Positions 25,936 to 38,720 of a stretch of 64,000 bases of DNA are shown in pieces. The stretch is from the NCBI GenBank assembly GCA_028534125.1, contig CM052816.1, forward strand, positions 57,786,001 through 57,850,000, in the 5' to 3' direction. Each line of letters starts with the position of its first letter. Within the stretch, counting starts at the first letter, position 1. Position numbers and translations under genes: made by a program. Under the pieces are notes generated by a model. It was not told the origin of the DNA. It ran no database searches and saw nothing but the letters and a program-made list of their open reading frames with translations. Origin of the DNA: Lama glama (lineage: Eukaryota).

Positions 25936-26121
25936 ACAGTAGTTAAAAGCACAGTCCCCAGACTAGCAACAGCTGCACCTGACAGCTTATTAGAAGTGCG
26001 CATTCTTGGGCCCTACTCCAGATCTAAGGATTCGAAAACTCTGGAGGTAGGGCCCAGCAGTCTGGGTTTGAACAAGCTCTCCATGTGACTCTCATGCTTG
26101 CTTAAAGTTTAACAGCCACTG
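25936..26121. mobile_element. MER5A (hAT-Charlie)
   Basis: ATTAGAAGTGCGCATTCTTGGGCCCTACTCCAGA...AAACTCTGGAGGTAGGGCCCAGCAGTCTG...AAAGTTTAACAGCCACTG. Confidence 0.8.
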
Positions 26122-26970
26122 CCTTCTCTACTGTCCTCTTGGTTATGAAAAGAGGTAAAAGGAAGATATCCAGAAACAGCAAACATTTACCTAAAACAAT
26201 TCAAAGCATAAAAAATATCTTTCAAGCAAGATCAAGTCTCCCATGAATTCCTCTCTTGGGTTCTCCATATAACCAGAGACTGAATAAGAAATTTTTGCTC
26301 ATTTGCAAAGAAATAGAGAAATCTCCAGTTTTGCCTACTTGAATTGTAGCAGATAAATCCTTACCTCCCCATTATAATTTCCCAGTAATATTCATTATGA
26401 ATTAGTTCAAATTTGTATTAATTTCTTGGGTCATCATCATCAAAATTGTCAGCAAAGATGGCCCAGGATTGGTCTGTTTCACTACTGAGTCTATTCTTTG
26501 GTAGGATTTTGATCAGTCTGTAATGAGTACTGTCTGCAGAAGCAAAGAGCAAATGACTAGGCCAAAAGGTCCTTAAGTTCAGTGCAGCAGGATAAAAATG
26601 TTCTGCTTTGGGAAAGCAACCTTGTCAGTCTTTTCCCTGTGTCATGTTAAGGGCCTTTCATAGTGCCTTGTCCATTGTAGTTGCTCAGTATGGATTTTGT
26701 GAATGAGTGATTGGAGAATCCCTATGGGTTCTACAGCTCGAGAATGGCTTATGGAAGAGGTGACACATGAGTTGGGTAGGAAAGGGTAGAGAGAGAAAGA
26801 GTGAGGGCATTTTAGATGAGAGGAGAAAAGGATACACAATGGACTGGGCAAAAACTTGCAGTCAACTCTAAATGTTAAGTGGGACTGAGTGGATAGCCTG
26901 GAGAGAATATGCTGATCACAGGGGGATCATGATGTCAGCCAGTATCGTTATGTAATATAAATGAGATTGT

Positions 26971-27561
26971 AGACACCTGCACCCCAGTGTTCATAGTAGC
27001 ACTATTTACAATAGCCAAGACATGGAAACAACCTAAATATCTATTGACAGATGACTGGATAAAGAAGTTGTGGTATATTTATACAATGGAATACTATTCA
27101 GCTGTAAAAATGACAACATAATGCCATTTGCAGCAACATGGATGTCCCCGGAGAATGTCATTCTAAGTGAAGTAAGCCAGAAAGAGAAGAAAAATACCAT
27201 GATATCACTCATATGTGGAATCCAAAAAAAAAAAAAAGAAGGCAAATGAACTTATACATAAAACAGAAACAAACTCACAGACATAGAATACGAATTTGTG
27301 GTTGCCAGGGGTTGGGGGTGTTAAGGGACAGACTGAGAGTTTGAGATTGGTAGAAACTGATAGGGACATATAGAATAGATGAACAAGTTTATACTGTTAA
27401 AGCACAGGGAAATATATTCAAGATCTTGTAGTAGCTCATGGTGAAATAGAATATGAAAATGAATATATGTACATAGATGTATGACTGAAAAACTGTACTG
27501 TACACCAGAAATTGACACAGCATTGTAAAATGACTATAGCTCAATAAAAAAATAAAAAAAA
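26971..27561 (+). mobile_element. 5'-truncated L1 (ORF2 C-terminus, 3'UTR and poly(A))
   Basis: ACCCCAGTGTTCATAGTAGCACTATTTACAATAGCCAAGACATGGAAACAACCTAAAT...; ends CTCAATAAAAAAATAAAAAAAA. Confidence 0.92.
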
Positions 27562-28221
27562 CAGTGAGTTAAGTGAGTACTTATCCTCTGATGTGTTCCC
27601 TATTGCACTGAGTACTGGCACAGAGTGGAGAACAGGATAGACATGGCACCGAAATCTAGTGAAAAATGAAAACAGGCAATGACAGGAGTGTGACAAGTGT
27701 GTTAAGTGAAGTACAGGGCATGTAGGTAGCTCATCTAGTCTGGGTTTAAGGGGGTAGCTGGCTCCAGAAAGCTTCCCAGATGAAAAGATGTCTGAGTTAT
27801 GGTCTGAAAGATGAATAAGAGGGAAGGGGTGTGGAGTTGGGCAGAGCTGGATGGGCAGACCCCAGGCCAGATTTTGAAGGGCCTGCTAAGCCATGTTAGA
27901 ATCTGAGATTTATCCAGAGGGATGTGAGGAGCCCTCAGGCTTTAAATGGGGGGAGGATGAATTTCTTCAGAACCTCACTCTGGCTGCAGTAGGGCGAAGA
28001 GCAGAAAGACTGATGACTGATAATGATGATGGCTTTAATAAGGGAAGTAGCAATGGGAGAGGAGGAGTTCAAAGAGCTTCCTGGAAAACACTATCTGTGG
28101 TAGTTTAAAATATGTCCACAAATTCTTTGATGTTCCCACTGCTGAAAGGTGAAATGTATATTCTCTCCCTTGAATCTGGGTAGGCCTGTAACTTGAGTGG
28201 AAGTAATGCTATGTGACTTTT

Positions 28222-29377
28222 AAAAAAAATGTTTGTTTACTTATTTTTTATTGAAGTATAGTTGATTTACAATGTTGTATTAGTTTCTAGTATACAGCAT
28301 AGTGACTCAGTGTTTTATATATATATATATATATATATATTCCCAGATTCCAGATTCTTTTTTTATAAGTTATTACAAGATTTTTTTTTCTTTTTTTTAA
28401 TGGAGATACGGGCGATTGAACCCAGGACCTCGTGCATGCTAAGCATGTACTCTACCATTGAGCTATACCCACCCCCACTACAAGATGTTGAATATAGTTC
28501 CCTGTGCTATACAGTAGATCCTTGTTGTTTATTTTGCATATAGTAGGAGGTATCAGTTAATCCCAAACTCCCATTTTATCTCTCTTCCCTTCCTTTTCCC
28601 CTTTGGTAACCATAAATTTGTTTTCTGTCTGTGAGTCTGTTTCTGTTTTATAAATGCGTTCTTTTTTTTTTTTTTTTTTTTAGATTCTACATGTAAGTGA
28701 TATATGATCTTTGTCTCTCTCTGACTTACTTCAATTAGTATGATAGTCTCTAGGTCCATGTTACTGCAGATGGCATTATTTCATTCTTTTTTATGGCTGA
28801 GTAGTGTTCCATTGTGTGTATATATACCACATCTTCTTTATCCGTTCATCTGTTGATGGACACTTAGTTTGCTTTCCTGTCTTGGCTGTTGTAAACAGGG
28901 CTGCATGTATCTTTTGGAATTAGAGTTTTTGTCTTTTCTGGATATATGTCCGGGAGTGGGATTGCTGGGTCATATGGTAACTCTATTTTTAGTTTTTTAA
29001 GAAAACACCACACTGTTTTCCATAGTGGCTGCACCTACTTACATTCCCACCAACAGTGGAGGAGAGTTCTCTTTGCTCCAGTATTTATTATTCAGACTTT
29101 CTGATGATGCTCATTCTGATTGGTGTTAGATGATAACCTTGTTGTATTTTTTAATTTAATTTCAGACTCGGAGAACATATTTGCTAACAATGTGACTTAA
29201 TTTCCAAAATACACAAATAGCTCATACAGCTTAGTATAAAAAAAAAAACCAAAAAACCCTATCAAAAAATGAGCTTAAGACTTAAATAGACATTTCTCCA
29301 AAGAAGATATGCAGATGGCCAATAGGCACATGAAAAGGTGCTCAACATTGCTGATTATTAGAGAAATGCGTATCAAA
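28222..29377 (-). mobile_element. L1 with 5' inversion (- strand ~28240-29146, + strand ~29165-29377)
   Basis: Exact 14-bp TSD GCTATGTGACTTTT at 28208-28221 and 29378-29391; two oppositely oriented ORF2 segments. Confidence 0.9.
28381..28476 (-). mobile_element. tRNA-derived SINE (vic-1-like) nested in L1
   Basis: Reverse complement of GGGTATAGCTCAATGGTAGAG...GAGGTCCTGGGTTCAATC; TSD TACAAGAT (28374-28381 / 28479-28486). Confidence 0.88.
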
Positions 29378-30496
29378 GCTATGTGACTTTTGAGGCTAGG
29401 TGATAAAAGGTGACAAAGCTTCTGCCTGATCCTCTTGGAACACTCACTCCCTAGTAACTATGCTGTCAGGGAGCCCAGTGTGGATGTTCAGGCCCCAGCC
29501 TCAGCTGAGGTCCTGGTATTAATTGCCAGAACCATGACTGATGTTATTTTAAGCCACTAAGTTCTGAAGTGTTTTTGCCACAGCAATAGATAACCAAACC
29601 ACTACCCTGATATCATCTAACTAAGGAGCTATCTTTTCATCTCTTTCTCATCCTGTTTTATACTCACCATGATTTGTGGCTTCTGTAGCAACTGACATTT
29701 ACAGTAAGTGAAAACAATCTACAAAGGCACATGACAGAGTTGGGGAATAAGATAGTCTGTCCATCAGATATTCCCATTAACAGAGTACGTTCATGCTTTA
29801 GGCAAATTACCGACGAGTATGTAGATGCTTTAGGCAAATTATCGATTGCAAGGAAACACCAGTTTTGAAAGAAACTACCAAGTTTTAAAGAATGAAATGC
29901 TCCGTATATACTGAGCATACTTTTTCTTTGTTGTTGTTTTTGTTTTAGCCTTTGGAATTGTCTATTATTTCAGGGTAAACATTAAGCACATTCGTACTTC
30001 TACTAAGTTGCCCCTCAAGTCAAAGATCCCAGTTTGCAGTTAGCAGAGAACCACAGCCACCAGCAGAGCTTGGGAAGGTCATGGCTGCTATTTATTGCTC
30101 ACAAATTTTTCTTTTTTTTTTTTTTTTTTGCTAATGAATAGTTGTTAGGTAACCACCAAGGCCACGTTGACCCAGGGCATAATAGCCTTTGAACGCTCTT
30201 TGTGAATGCTAGAGAAGATAAAAGATAAGTTAGGGGACAGGAAATGTGCCCTATTATTCCCTAAGACTTTGAAGGTAGAAAATTCAAATGTTTTTTTCTC
30301 TTTTGCAAAACACCAGACACACATGAGATGCAATTAAGATTCTATGATGGCAGTGAATTTTCTTTAAATGAAGCTAATACTTCACAGAGCATAGGCTAAA
30401 GAAATTCTTTTGATTCTTTATGAACATGAAGAAGAACTCATTTGTTTTTATAATTCAACCAAGTGCAGACACTCTGAATGCTACTGACGCGGTGGT

Positions 30497-30640
30497 AACA
30501 ATAGCTAAGGTTTATGTAGCACTTACTGTGCCAGGCACTGTTCTGCTTGCTTTGCATTTATTACCTCATTCCATCCTCACAGCAAGTCTGTGAGGTGGAT
30601 ATTACTATTACCCCTGCTTAACTAATGAGGAGACTGAGGG
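30497..30640 (-). mobile_element. MIR SINE
   Basis: AATAGCTAAGGTTTATGTAGCACTTACTGTGCCAGGCACTG...ATCCTCACAGCAA...ATGAGGAGACTGAGG. Confidence 0.75.
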
Positions 30641-31230
30641 AGCCTGTGGCCTTGGGCATGGAGCCCCACTGCTCTCTCTGTAGATTCTCCTCTTTCTTCT
30701 CTGAGGCGACGTGATGTGGTACAGTGGGAAGGGGATGAGACTAGGAATCTGGGTTTTAATCTTAGCCCCACCTCAAACTAGTTATGCCAATTTGGACCAG
30801 TCATTTCCCTGACCTGAAAGATGGGGGAGTTTAAGTAGGAGACTTAGAAAATTCCTCCCACTCTAGAATTTCTGGTTCTATGAACAGTTCTTGCCTCAGA
30901 ATAAGTAGAAAGTCAGAGTTCCCCGGCTCTTGAAGCAGCGCTGAGTCAGGGGTCTGCAGCACTCCAGGAGCAGCTGAGAGGCTCACCGCCACTCAGGCCC
31001 TCAAACACAGCTCCCCACGTGCTGGGCTTCAAACCGTCAAGAGACGGAGACGGATCTGTATGAGGAAGCTCTGACCCACTGTCATGACACATTAATTTTT
31101 GCAAAAAAATTAAACATCCAAAGGGAGAAAAGAGAATCATTAACAAATGAGGTGAACTATAGGACCAAAAATTTATGACCTACATAGAAAACTAAGCAGT
31201 ACAGAGAGCATTATGTGGTTTTTATCAGCA

Positions 31231-31236
31231 TTTATT
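31231..31236 (-). terminator. Candidate PTCD2 polyadenylation signal (AATAAA)
   Basis: First AATAAA I found on the - strand after the stop codon, ~750 nt downstream, followed by a T/GT-rich stretch. A more distal AATAAA lies at 30091-30096. Confidence 0.5.
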
Positions 31237-31985
31237 TTGAAAAGCACATGGTTTACCCGTGACCAGAGTGGTAGTCATTTAAATTTGGCTTATTTATCAG
31301 TTCTGAGTTAAATTCTGGTTTTGTTTGCTCTGCTGAGAAAACAAAAAGTTTCCTGAGGAACCATTTCATTTCTCTTATTCTTGATCCTACTGAACCCTGA
31401 ATGAAAATTTCAAACCAGTATGCAGATTCACACAGGTACTATTATTTTACAGATGGAAAAATGAAAGCTCAAGTACCTAGTTTACTGTTACAGGTAAATG
31501 ATGACAGAAGCAGTGAGAAAATCCTGGGTTCTTTCCCAGGACGGTAGAACAGGGTCTTAGACCTCCTGAATTCAGCAAGGGTATAATCTGCAAGTAACTA
31601 CTCCCCTGAATATTAGTCTGAGTTGATCACTTATTGTGAAATTCCTTCCTGCTTGTGCTTCTTGGGTTCTGCTCTGGTCCTGGAAGCTGGACTGGTGGCC
31701 ATGACTATGTTCCTTCAAGGATCCTCAGCAGTTTACATGGGGAAACCCCCTTTCTTCAGGAGCCGAGCTTTCTGCTTGCTGGTGTCTCGATTTTCACAGT
31801 GGCACAAGATATTAACTTCTCAAGTCAGCATGCCAGCTACTCAGTGAACATGGAAATTTAAGGAGGAGAGTGTTAGGTAGTAGTATAGTGTCCACAGGAG
31901 TACGATGCCTGATTTCTTAGGAAGCCAAAACTCATTAGAAGCAGGGCCCCTCCGACTTAGACCAGTGGGTGGTTTGAACCCAGCG

Positions 31986-32210
31986 TTACTCAGCCCACAG
32001 GGACTGGCTGAGTGGCTGGAAGGTCCGACGGCTGACTGTCCTCTTGTTTAATAGCACCATGTGGGATTTTCTGTCCCTGGGAGTGTGGCAGAGCAGAGCA
32101 TCCAGAGTGTAAGTAGTGACCTGGCCATTCATGTGCAGTTTCCTGTAGAGCTCATCAAAGTTCACCAGAAGAGCAGGCACATCCTTCACTTTTTCCCTCA
32201 CTTTGACCAG
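31986..32210 (-). CDS. PTCD2: PTCD2 exon 10 (last coding exon, TAA stop)
   Basis: Acceptor ttttttccag; [22 protein letters not shown]...[14 protein letters not shown], matching the recalled human C-terminus [14 protein letters not shown]; 225 nt. Confidence 0.96.
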   Translation of the reverse strand: MVKVREKVKDVPALLVNFDELYRKLHMNGQVTTYTLDALLCHTPRDRKSHMVLLNKRTVSRRTFQPLSQSLWAE

Positions 32211-35200
32211 CTGGAAAAAAGCAAGAGCAAATCATTCTGTCTCTGCAAGATTTCTTCCTACTATTTTTTCTCCTCCAAGAAAGAGAGACAAATGCATAAA
32301 AATGTAGAGTGGACATAAAGTGGTGAAAACCAGGGTACTGGGACACTGTAAAGGATTCCACAAGCTGCACACAACATTCAGAATTAGTACTTGAAAATCA
32401 TACCTGGTATTTTATAAAACGGGGATTCAAGTAGCATATATTATACAATGAAACATACCAGGGAGAGGAGGTCAAATAGCAATGGATCAAGTGTGTCCAA
32501 TTTAAGGTTAAGAGCAGGAGGTGGGACCAAATGATGTAAGGCTTTATAGCTCATGGTTTTTTTGAATTTATTCTAAAAGCCATCAGGGGGTCCAAACTGG
32601 GACATGATCTGATTTAGATTTTAAAGGCTGTGTAGAGAACTGGAGGGCACAAGAATTTGGAGACTAATCCAGAGGCCCCCATCATAGGCCAGATGAGAAT
32701 AGGTGATGGTTTAGATTGCAAAATGTATAGAAAAGATGCAGAAGTAGATTATATAAAGTATATTTTGGAGATTAAACTGTAAGGATTTACTGTTGAAGAG
32801 GAAAGGGAAGGGGAGGAATAATCTTCCCAACTGGGGCTTTGGTACCTTGGAGATGGAGGATGTCACTGACTGAGATGGGGAAGATGAGGGGATCAGCTTT
32901 GGAGAGGGAAAATTAAGAGGCCCATGCTGGACAAGATTAGTGAAACAGCTAAGCGGACATGTCCAGAGGCTGCTGGATACACAAGTTAGAGGGATGGAGG
33001 AGATCTAGACCAGAGGTATACATATTAGAGTCACAAGTATATGACTGGTATTTAACACAAATGGGTGAATTCAAAATTAAAATATGAAACTACTTTCTGA
33101 TTAAAATCAACATTTTACTTAGTTCAGTCCTTATTAATGATACAATCTAACATTTCTTGATGAAATTTAAATTGATTGGGTTCCTGATGAATCCTTTAGT
33201 TATCTTCTAAATATATCACAATCCTATCTGCTACCTGCACAACTTCCTTTCTAACAAGGGTCTCCACTGAACCTTCAGATAGTTTAAATACTTCTAACAT
33301 TCTTTAAAAAAAAAAAAAAAAAGCTTGCTTAGTCCCCTTGTTCAAGGTGGAGTGACTGAATGTGGAGCAGCACATGGTTTCCCAAGAAGCAAAGCAGGTG
33401 TGCCAAGCTAGAAGTAACCCTGCTCTCACTGCAGACGCTAAGTGATTAAGTTCCCTTAAATCACTACAAAAATATTAAGTGGTATCATTAGGACCATTCT
33501 ACAATTTAAGTGGAAAAGAGGTGATTGTTAATTGTTAATTTAGGCTTAAAAAAAGAAGTTAATAAAGAAACAGCTCACGTTTGAGTGGTTTCAGTCATGG
33601 TATTGCAGAAGGTCAGTGGTTCTTTTCAACATTCCTCTGATAGTATATTAGCACCTTACCTCCACACATAAGACTTTTTCAGTAACTGGTGGTATAAACA
33701 CTACACCGAGCATTTGTAGAATGCAGTTTTACAATGTAGGACTCCACATGCAGTCTCACAAATAGATTTAGAACTGGCTCAGAAGCTGCTGGAGTTTTAT
33801 GGATCAATTCACTTCTCAACAAGCAATTCCTTGAGTTGGTCTCACAACTACGGGGGCACACTGAACTAGAGGGTGAGCTTTCTAAGTAAATCAGTCTTTA
33901 TAGGCTTTAGGGGGAAAAATCAGATAAAAATAATTAGTATTTTTCAATGTGAAGTTTGTTTGGATGCTTTAGCCGTATAACTGGGCCAATGCATTGATGG
34001 GCCGGGTCTAAGGAAGGACTGATTGACATGAGTGCTAGTGAGAAAACTGAAATTGTGTCAGTATCGTGTATGTGCACACACATGGCTGTGTACTTTAAAA
34101 CCGGTTTACATTTCCAGTTCCTCTACTTTCCAAACACGCTCCAAAAAAGTTTGAATGGGTCACAACCTACACAGAGAAATAGAAAGAGGCTTTAAATTTA
34201 ATTCTATTCAATTTAAATTTAATCATATCCAATTAGTTTTCCTGACAAGCTCCTTTTGTTAGCCTTTGGCTGGGATTGAGGAGGGGGACAGGGCTGGGAA
34301 GGCCACCTGCCCTCTGCTGCCAATCCCACCACCTTAGGTGCAGCCGGGACCCTGCTATAAAAGGCAAGGGAAAGGGGAAAAAGCAGGGAGGGAGGGCCAA
34401 CCGCAGGCCCCTCCATTAGTCAAAATGACAATGCCAGTATCTTTACTAACAGTATGATCACTGCCAATAATTTACGCTTTCTTTACAGTCTTTTTTACCC
34501 CGTTAGGTAATATATAACTAGCAATGTGCAAATGACTAAATTTCAAGTGACTTACAATAATTCCTCTTTGTGTGCTTAGGCCATCAGTGTGACACACGGG
34601 TCCAACTGTTCCACAGTGTTTTCAGTTTTTAGAAACTCTTTCTCTTCATTTTTGTTTAATTTTATTATTTTGCAAAGCATTCCATTAGTTAGTCCCTTCA
34701 GGAGCTAAAACCACAGTTCTAATTAGAGAAGCCTTAATATGGTTTCATATCTGGCAAGTCTAGCACCTCTTCCTGCTCTTCTTTCTCAGGGTTTTCTCAG
34801 CTCTTCTTGCTAGTTTGCCTAAACCTTCACTACAGAAAAAACAAAACAAAACAAAAAAACCCCACCTAATGTAACATCTCAATAAAAATACCATTATCAC
34901 AGTAACTTGGGAAGAAGCGACTTGACGAGGCAGAGTCTTCCTATTTAAACACCTGGTATTTGTTTAAGTAGGGGAGTTTTTTTGTTTTGTTTTGTTTTTT
35001 GTTTTTTTTTTAAAGATGAGAGATACTGCAGCCTATTGTTGGCTAATGGGATGAGCTACAGGGAAGGCGATAGTGATGATGCAAAGTCCCACTTCTGGAC
35101 TGATGTCCTGGGGTGGGTCACAGGCTGGGCTCCCAGGCACAGCCGGGCAGCTGGCTCTCTCAAGGTGTGTGCAGTCACCATGGCTTCAGGAGGGAAGGCT

Positions 35201-35624
35201 CAGCAGAGGGGGACAGGCAAGGAAGCTGTCGGGTGAAGCAGTTCTCCTCTGACTGCCCTATTTCCTCCAGGAAACAGGAGGCAGGGTCATCAACTGAGAG
35301 TGATGAGTGGGGAGAAGGAACTGGAGGCTTGAGGAGAAAGGAAAAAGAAAAAAAAGAGAGAGAGAGCACTGACATCCATGGAAACAGTGTGGGGAAAAGA
35401 ATACGTAAAAGAAAAAAGTTTTCCTAGAATTTCAGAGGATATACTGTGTTAGAGGAAAAGAGTCTTTGTACCCAGACAGAGAAGTCTTACAACAGGAACA
35501 AGAGGGAGGCTGCCGCCTCTGACAGTCGCTTTAAGGAGGTGGCCTACTGGATGAAGGCATCACTGGACAGTTTCAGGGGTGCCCTTGCACCTTTACATGA
35601 TCTCTGCAGCAGTCCCACACTCAC

Positions 35625-35738
35625 CACTTCCTCTGAGAACACAGGTTTCTTCACAAATCTTGATAAATTTCCCTCTGTAGCATCCGTTAGTATCTCTATT
35701 AGGGTTTTCAACATATTTGACTCAATATGGATCATAAT
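35625..35738 (-). CDS. PTCD2: PTCD2 exon 9
   Basis: Acceptor ttcattttattcag; [38 protein letters not shown]; donor GTG|GTGAGT; 114 nt. Confidence 0.96.
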
Positions 35739-37106
35739 CTGAATAAAATGAAGAAACAAGCAAACACAAGACTGAGCCAGTAATCATCCCTGAGAAATGC
35801 AGCCTGTTAGGTAAGATAAGCCTACAGTTATAGACATCTACCCTGCTGTCATGCTGTTTCCTCATTCATTTGCTTGCACAAGTTCAAAAGTGCTTCGAAT
35901 GAATGTCTGCTAGCCAAAACTTGTTTTCCAACAGCTATTCAAACACTGAAACTTCAAAACTTGATATAGGGCAGAAAAGGAGAGAACATGGATTTTGCTG
36001 TCCTTAGCTGGCCATTACTAGCTAAGTGACTCTAGCCGGTTATTTAATTGCTCTTTCAATTTCTTTATTTGTAAAATGAGGAAAATACCTTATCTCACAT
36101 TACTTACATTCACATTACTGTGAACATTAAATAAAATACCAGTACACAGGAGGTATTCAATAAACATTACTATTAGTTTCTTCCTCCCTATTTCCTCTAG
36201 ACTCAGAGAATATGACAATCAGACAATCTCATAAGGTTGGCTCTGGGGCAAATGATACCTTTACCTTTTTAACTTAATTTAATTTTTTTGGTTAGGAAAT
36301 TGCAGGCATATAGGTTGTTGCAAGCATAAAGTGGAAGTTGGTTAAAGCCTTAAGGAGGCATTCATATTTACACTGTAGCTATTAAAGAACTTTCAAAACT
36401 GGGTACTGTACTTGGCTTTAAAAATGAAACCACTAAACTACCTTCCATCAGATAAAATAAACACAAGGAAAAAAGAACACCCCCCCCATTACCAACATTC
36501 ACTGGTAAAATTTGAAAAATATAGAAAAGTTTTTAAAAAAAGGAGAGTAACTCAAATTCACCAACTAATGTTAACCATTATTTATAATTTCATGTATTAT
36601 CTTCCAAATATATTTATTTTCCCAAATTTGATTCTGCTTTTTGGTGAATTATTATATAATGAACATTTTTTCATAGCATCCAGAAATTTTAGGAAAAAAC
36701 TCATTTTTAATGATGAATGCATAGCAATCCATCATATAAATAATGCATCAAATAAAGTAATACCATGCTTTATCAATAAATGTGCATATATTAAAAAAAC
36801 AAACAAACAAAATCCCAGCTCATTACTTTCTTAGACTTGATTTCCATAAGTGAAATTACAAAGTCAAAGGGTATAAACATTTTTAGGAAACATTTTAGGG
36901 AATACAGTTCTTCCGGAAGAGATACTCACTTTTTTATACCAAACCAGCTAAGTTCTCTCAGTAGTCCACTTATAACATTGTGTGTTTGTTGATTAGGATT
37001 GAGGGTTATCTTTGGTCCTGAAGAACAGAATGAAATGATCCCAAGTAGCCTAACTCCAAAGGGCCAGATCTAAGTTCAGTGTTGTAGAGCAGAGGCAAAA
37101 ACCCTT

Positions 37107-37545
37107 TGTCAGGAGAGAACACTCCATGGGTCTCTCACAGTCAGCCAGAAGCACTGACTGCCTTTAGTCTGGACTATATTTTCAAGGGTGTTTATAAAAC
37201 TAACAGCCTAGGAAGACAGACAGTGTCTCAACCAAAGAAAGGGCAGGTATGTTTACTGTCCATTATAAGAGATTTGGGTTCCCCAAGTTCACGGTTCCTC
37301 TCTTACTATATACCCTCTGTGTGTGCAAGGGGCATATAGACCTCTTCATGTCACTCTGTAGGAACTGGGCTGAAGGAACTGATGCAAAAATGCTAATCCT
37401 CTGGCTACTGCTATTGCTGTGAGTAATAAAATGTCCTTCATCTCTCAGTGTCTAGTGTTCTCCACCAGCATCCATGAAACTGTGGCAGGTTAACTCGTTA
37501 GCTTGGCAACTGGGGTAAATCTCCAACTCTTAATAGTTCTTAACA
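37107..37545 (+). mobile_element. ERVL-class solo LTR (MER-type; family uncertain) in PTCD2 intron 8, antisense to the gene
   Basis: TGTCAGGA...TCTTAACA termini, near 5-bp TSD CCCTT/CTCTT, TATA-like ATTATAA ~37262, AATAAA 37425-37430. Confidence 0.8.
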
Positions 37546-38260
37546 CTCTTGTTAATAAAAAACAATCCTGATTTGGTTAGCAATGGTCTATCCTATTAAG
37601 AGCAAGGACAAGTCTACCTTGTTGATGCCACACCTGCCATTCTGGCACCCTGCTGAGGAGACCCTCAACGACAGTGAATGAGAAGGGGAACGTAGGTCCC
37701 CTAACAACTTACAAGGATAAATCTCCTGGAGCTCTATGCTAGAAACTGTTAATGGTGTGCTTCTGGAAGATTTCAACTTTTCTTCTTAAGTTTTCCCAAT
37801 TTCTCTCCTGCCTCTAGCAACTATCTCTGATTCAGTAGGGATTTCAAGAGCAAGGTTCAATACCTTGAACTATACTGATGAAGGCAACACATATAAGGCA
37901 GTTACTGATGAAAGGCAAACAGAAAATTTAAAGCTAGGAGCTTGTCTCAAACTGAAGTCTCAGGGTACAATTAAAAAAGTTAAATCTTTTTTAAAGCAAA
38001 GAGTGACATTGCTTTAATCTTACAGATTTCAAACAAAAGGCTAGGAATGTTGAATTAACAGGAGCAGAGGGAATATTACTTAAGAAAAAATACTCAAAAA
38101 ACACATACTTCCTGCCTCTCTGATTTTCTGAGACCTCAAGAAATGTTAAGTCACTGGACGCCTCTGACCAAAAAAAGGAACAGAACCCCTGAAGTGGAGA
38201 AATTTGCATTTCTTTTTTCTTTTCTTTTTAAGCTGCTGTATTTGAAGAAGAGTATCACAG

Positions 38261-38720
38261 TGTGGTAGAGACACTAGTGTTCTGACCAATATCCATTTTC
38301 ACCTTCTTTTTTTTTTTATAACAGAGCTCCCTAACTGGTGCTGTCATATATGGAAATCAAAAACTCTATTTCTCAGGTTTGTCTGCAACTAGATGTGGTC
38401 ATGGGATGAAGCTCTCGCCAACAACATGTAAGTTCACGTTGTTGGGTTAGATACTTGGCAAAACATTCTTAAAAGGGACCAACTTCCTTGTCCTCCTCCA
38501 TTCTCCTGCTTCTTGCTGGAACAGAGATGTAGTGGATGGAGGTCATGTGCATTAGGATGGTGGTGTGGAAATACAGAAGGAGGCCAGTTCCCTGATGATA
38601 TCATGGAATGTCACACCAGACCTAGACTGACCACCTCTGGTTTTCTACATGGAAGAAAAAGAAAGCCTCTAACAGACTTTTGTTTTCTTTAGAGCCTACA
38701 TTGCTTCCAACCAAATACAG
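38261..38720 (+). mobile_element. MaLR LTR (MLT1I/J-like)
   Basis: Starts TGTGGTAGAGACACT; contains TGCAACTAGATGTGGTCATG and CCAGTTCCCTGATGA motifs. Confidence 0.65.

Larger units (their letters stand above)
28096..29600 (+). mobile_element. MLT1-type MaLR LTR split by an L1 insertion (LTR parts ~28096-28221 and ~29378-29600)
   Basis: Starts TGTGGTAGTTTAAAATATGTCCACAAATTCTTTG; ends TTTTAAGCCACTAAGTT...CAGCAATAGATAACCAAAC. Confidence 0.8.

Noticed and set aside
29783..29846. CRISPR-like direct repeat
   Set aside because: Only two abutting copies, no spacers, mammalian context.
61..31000. Many 60-140 aa ORFs in the left half
   Set aside because: No recognisable homology and no consistent exon chain. 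Many begin at non-ATG codons or overlap repeats, as expected by chance.
36412..36834. 140-aa AT-rich ORF in PTCD2 intron 8
   Set aside because: Low-complexity K/N/I/F composition, TTG start, and looks like a decayed L1 fragment.
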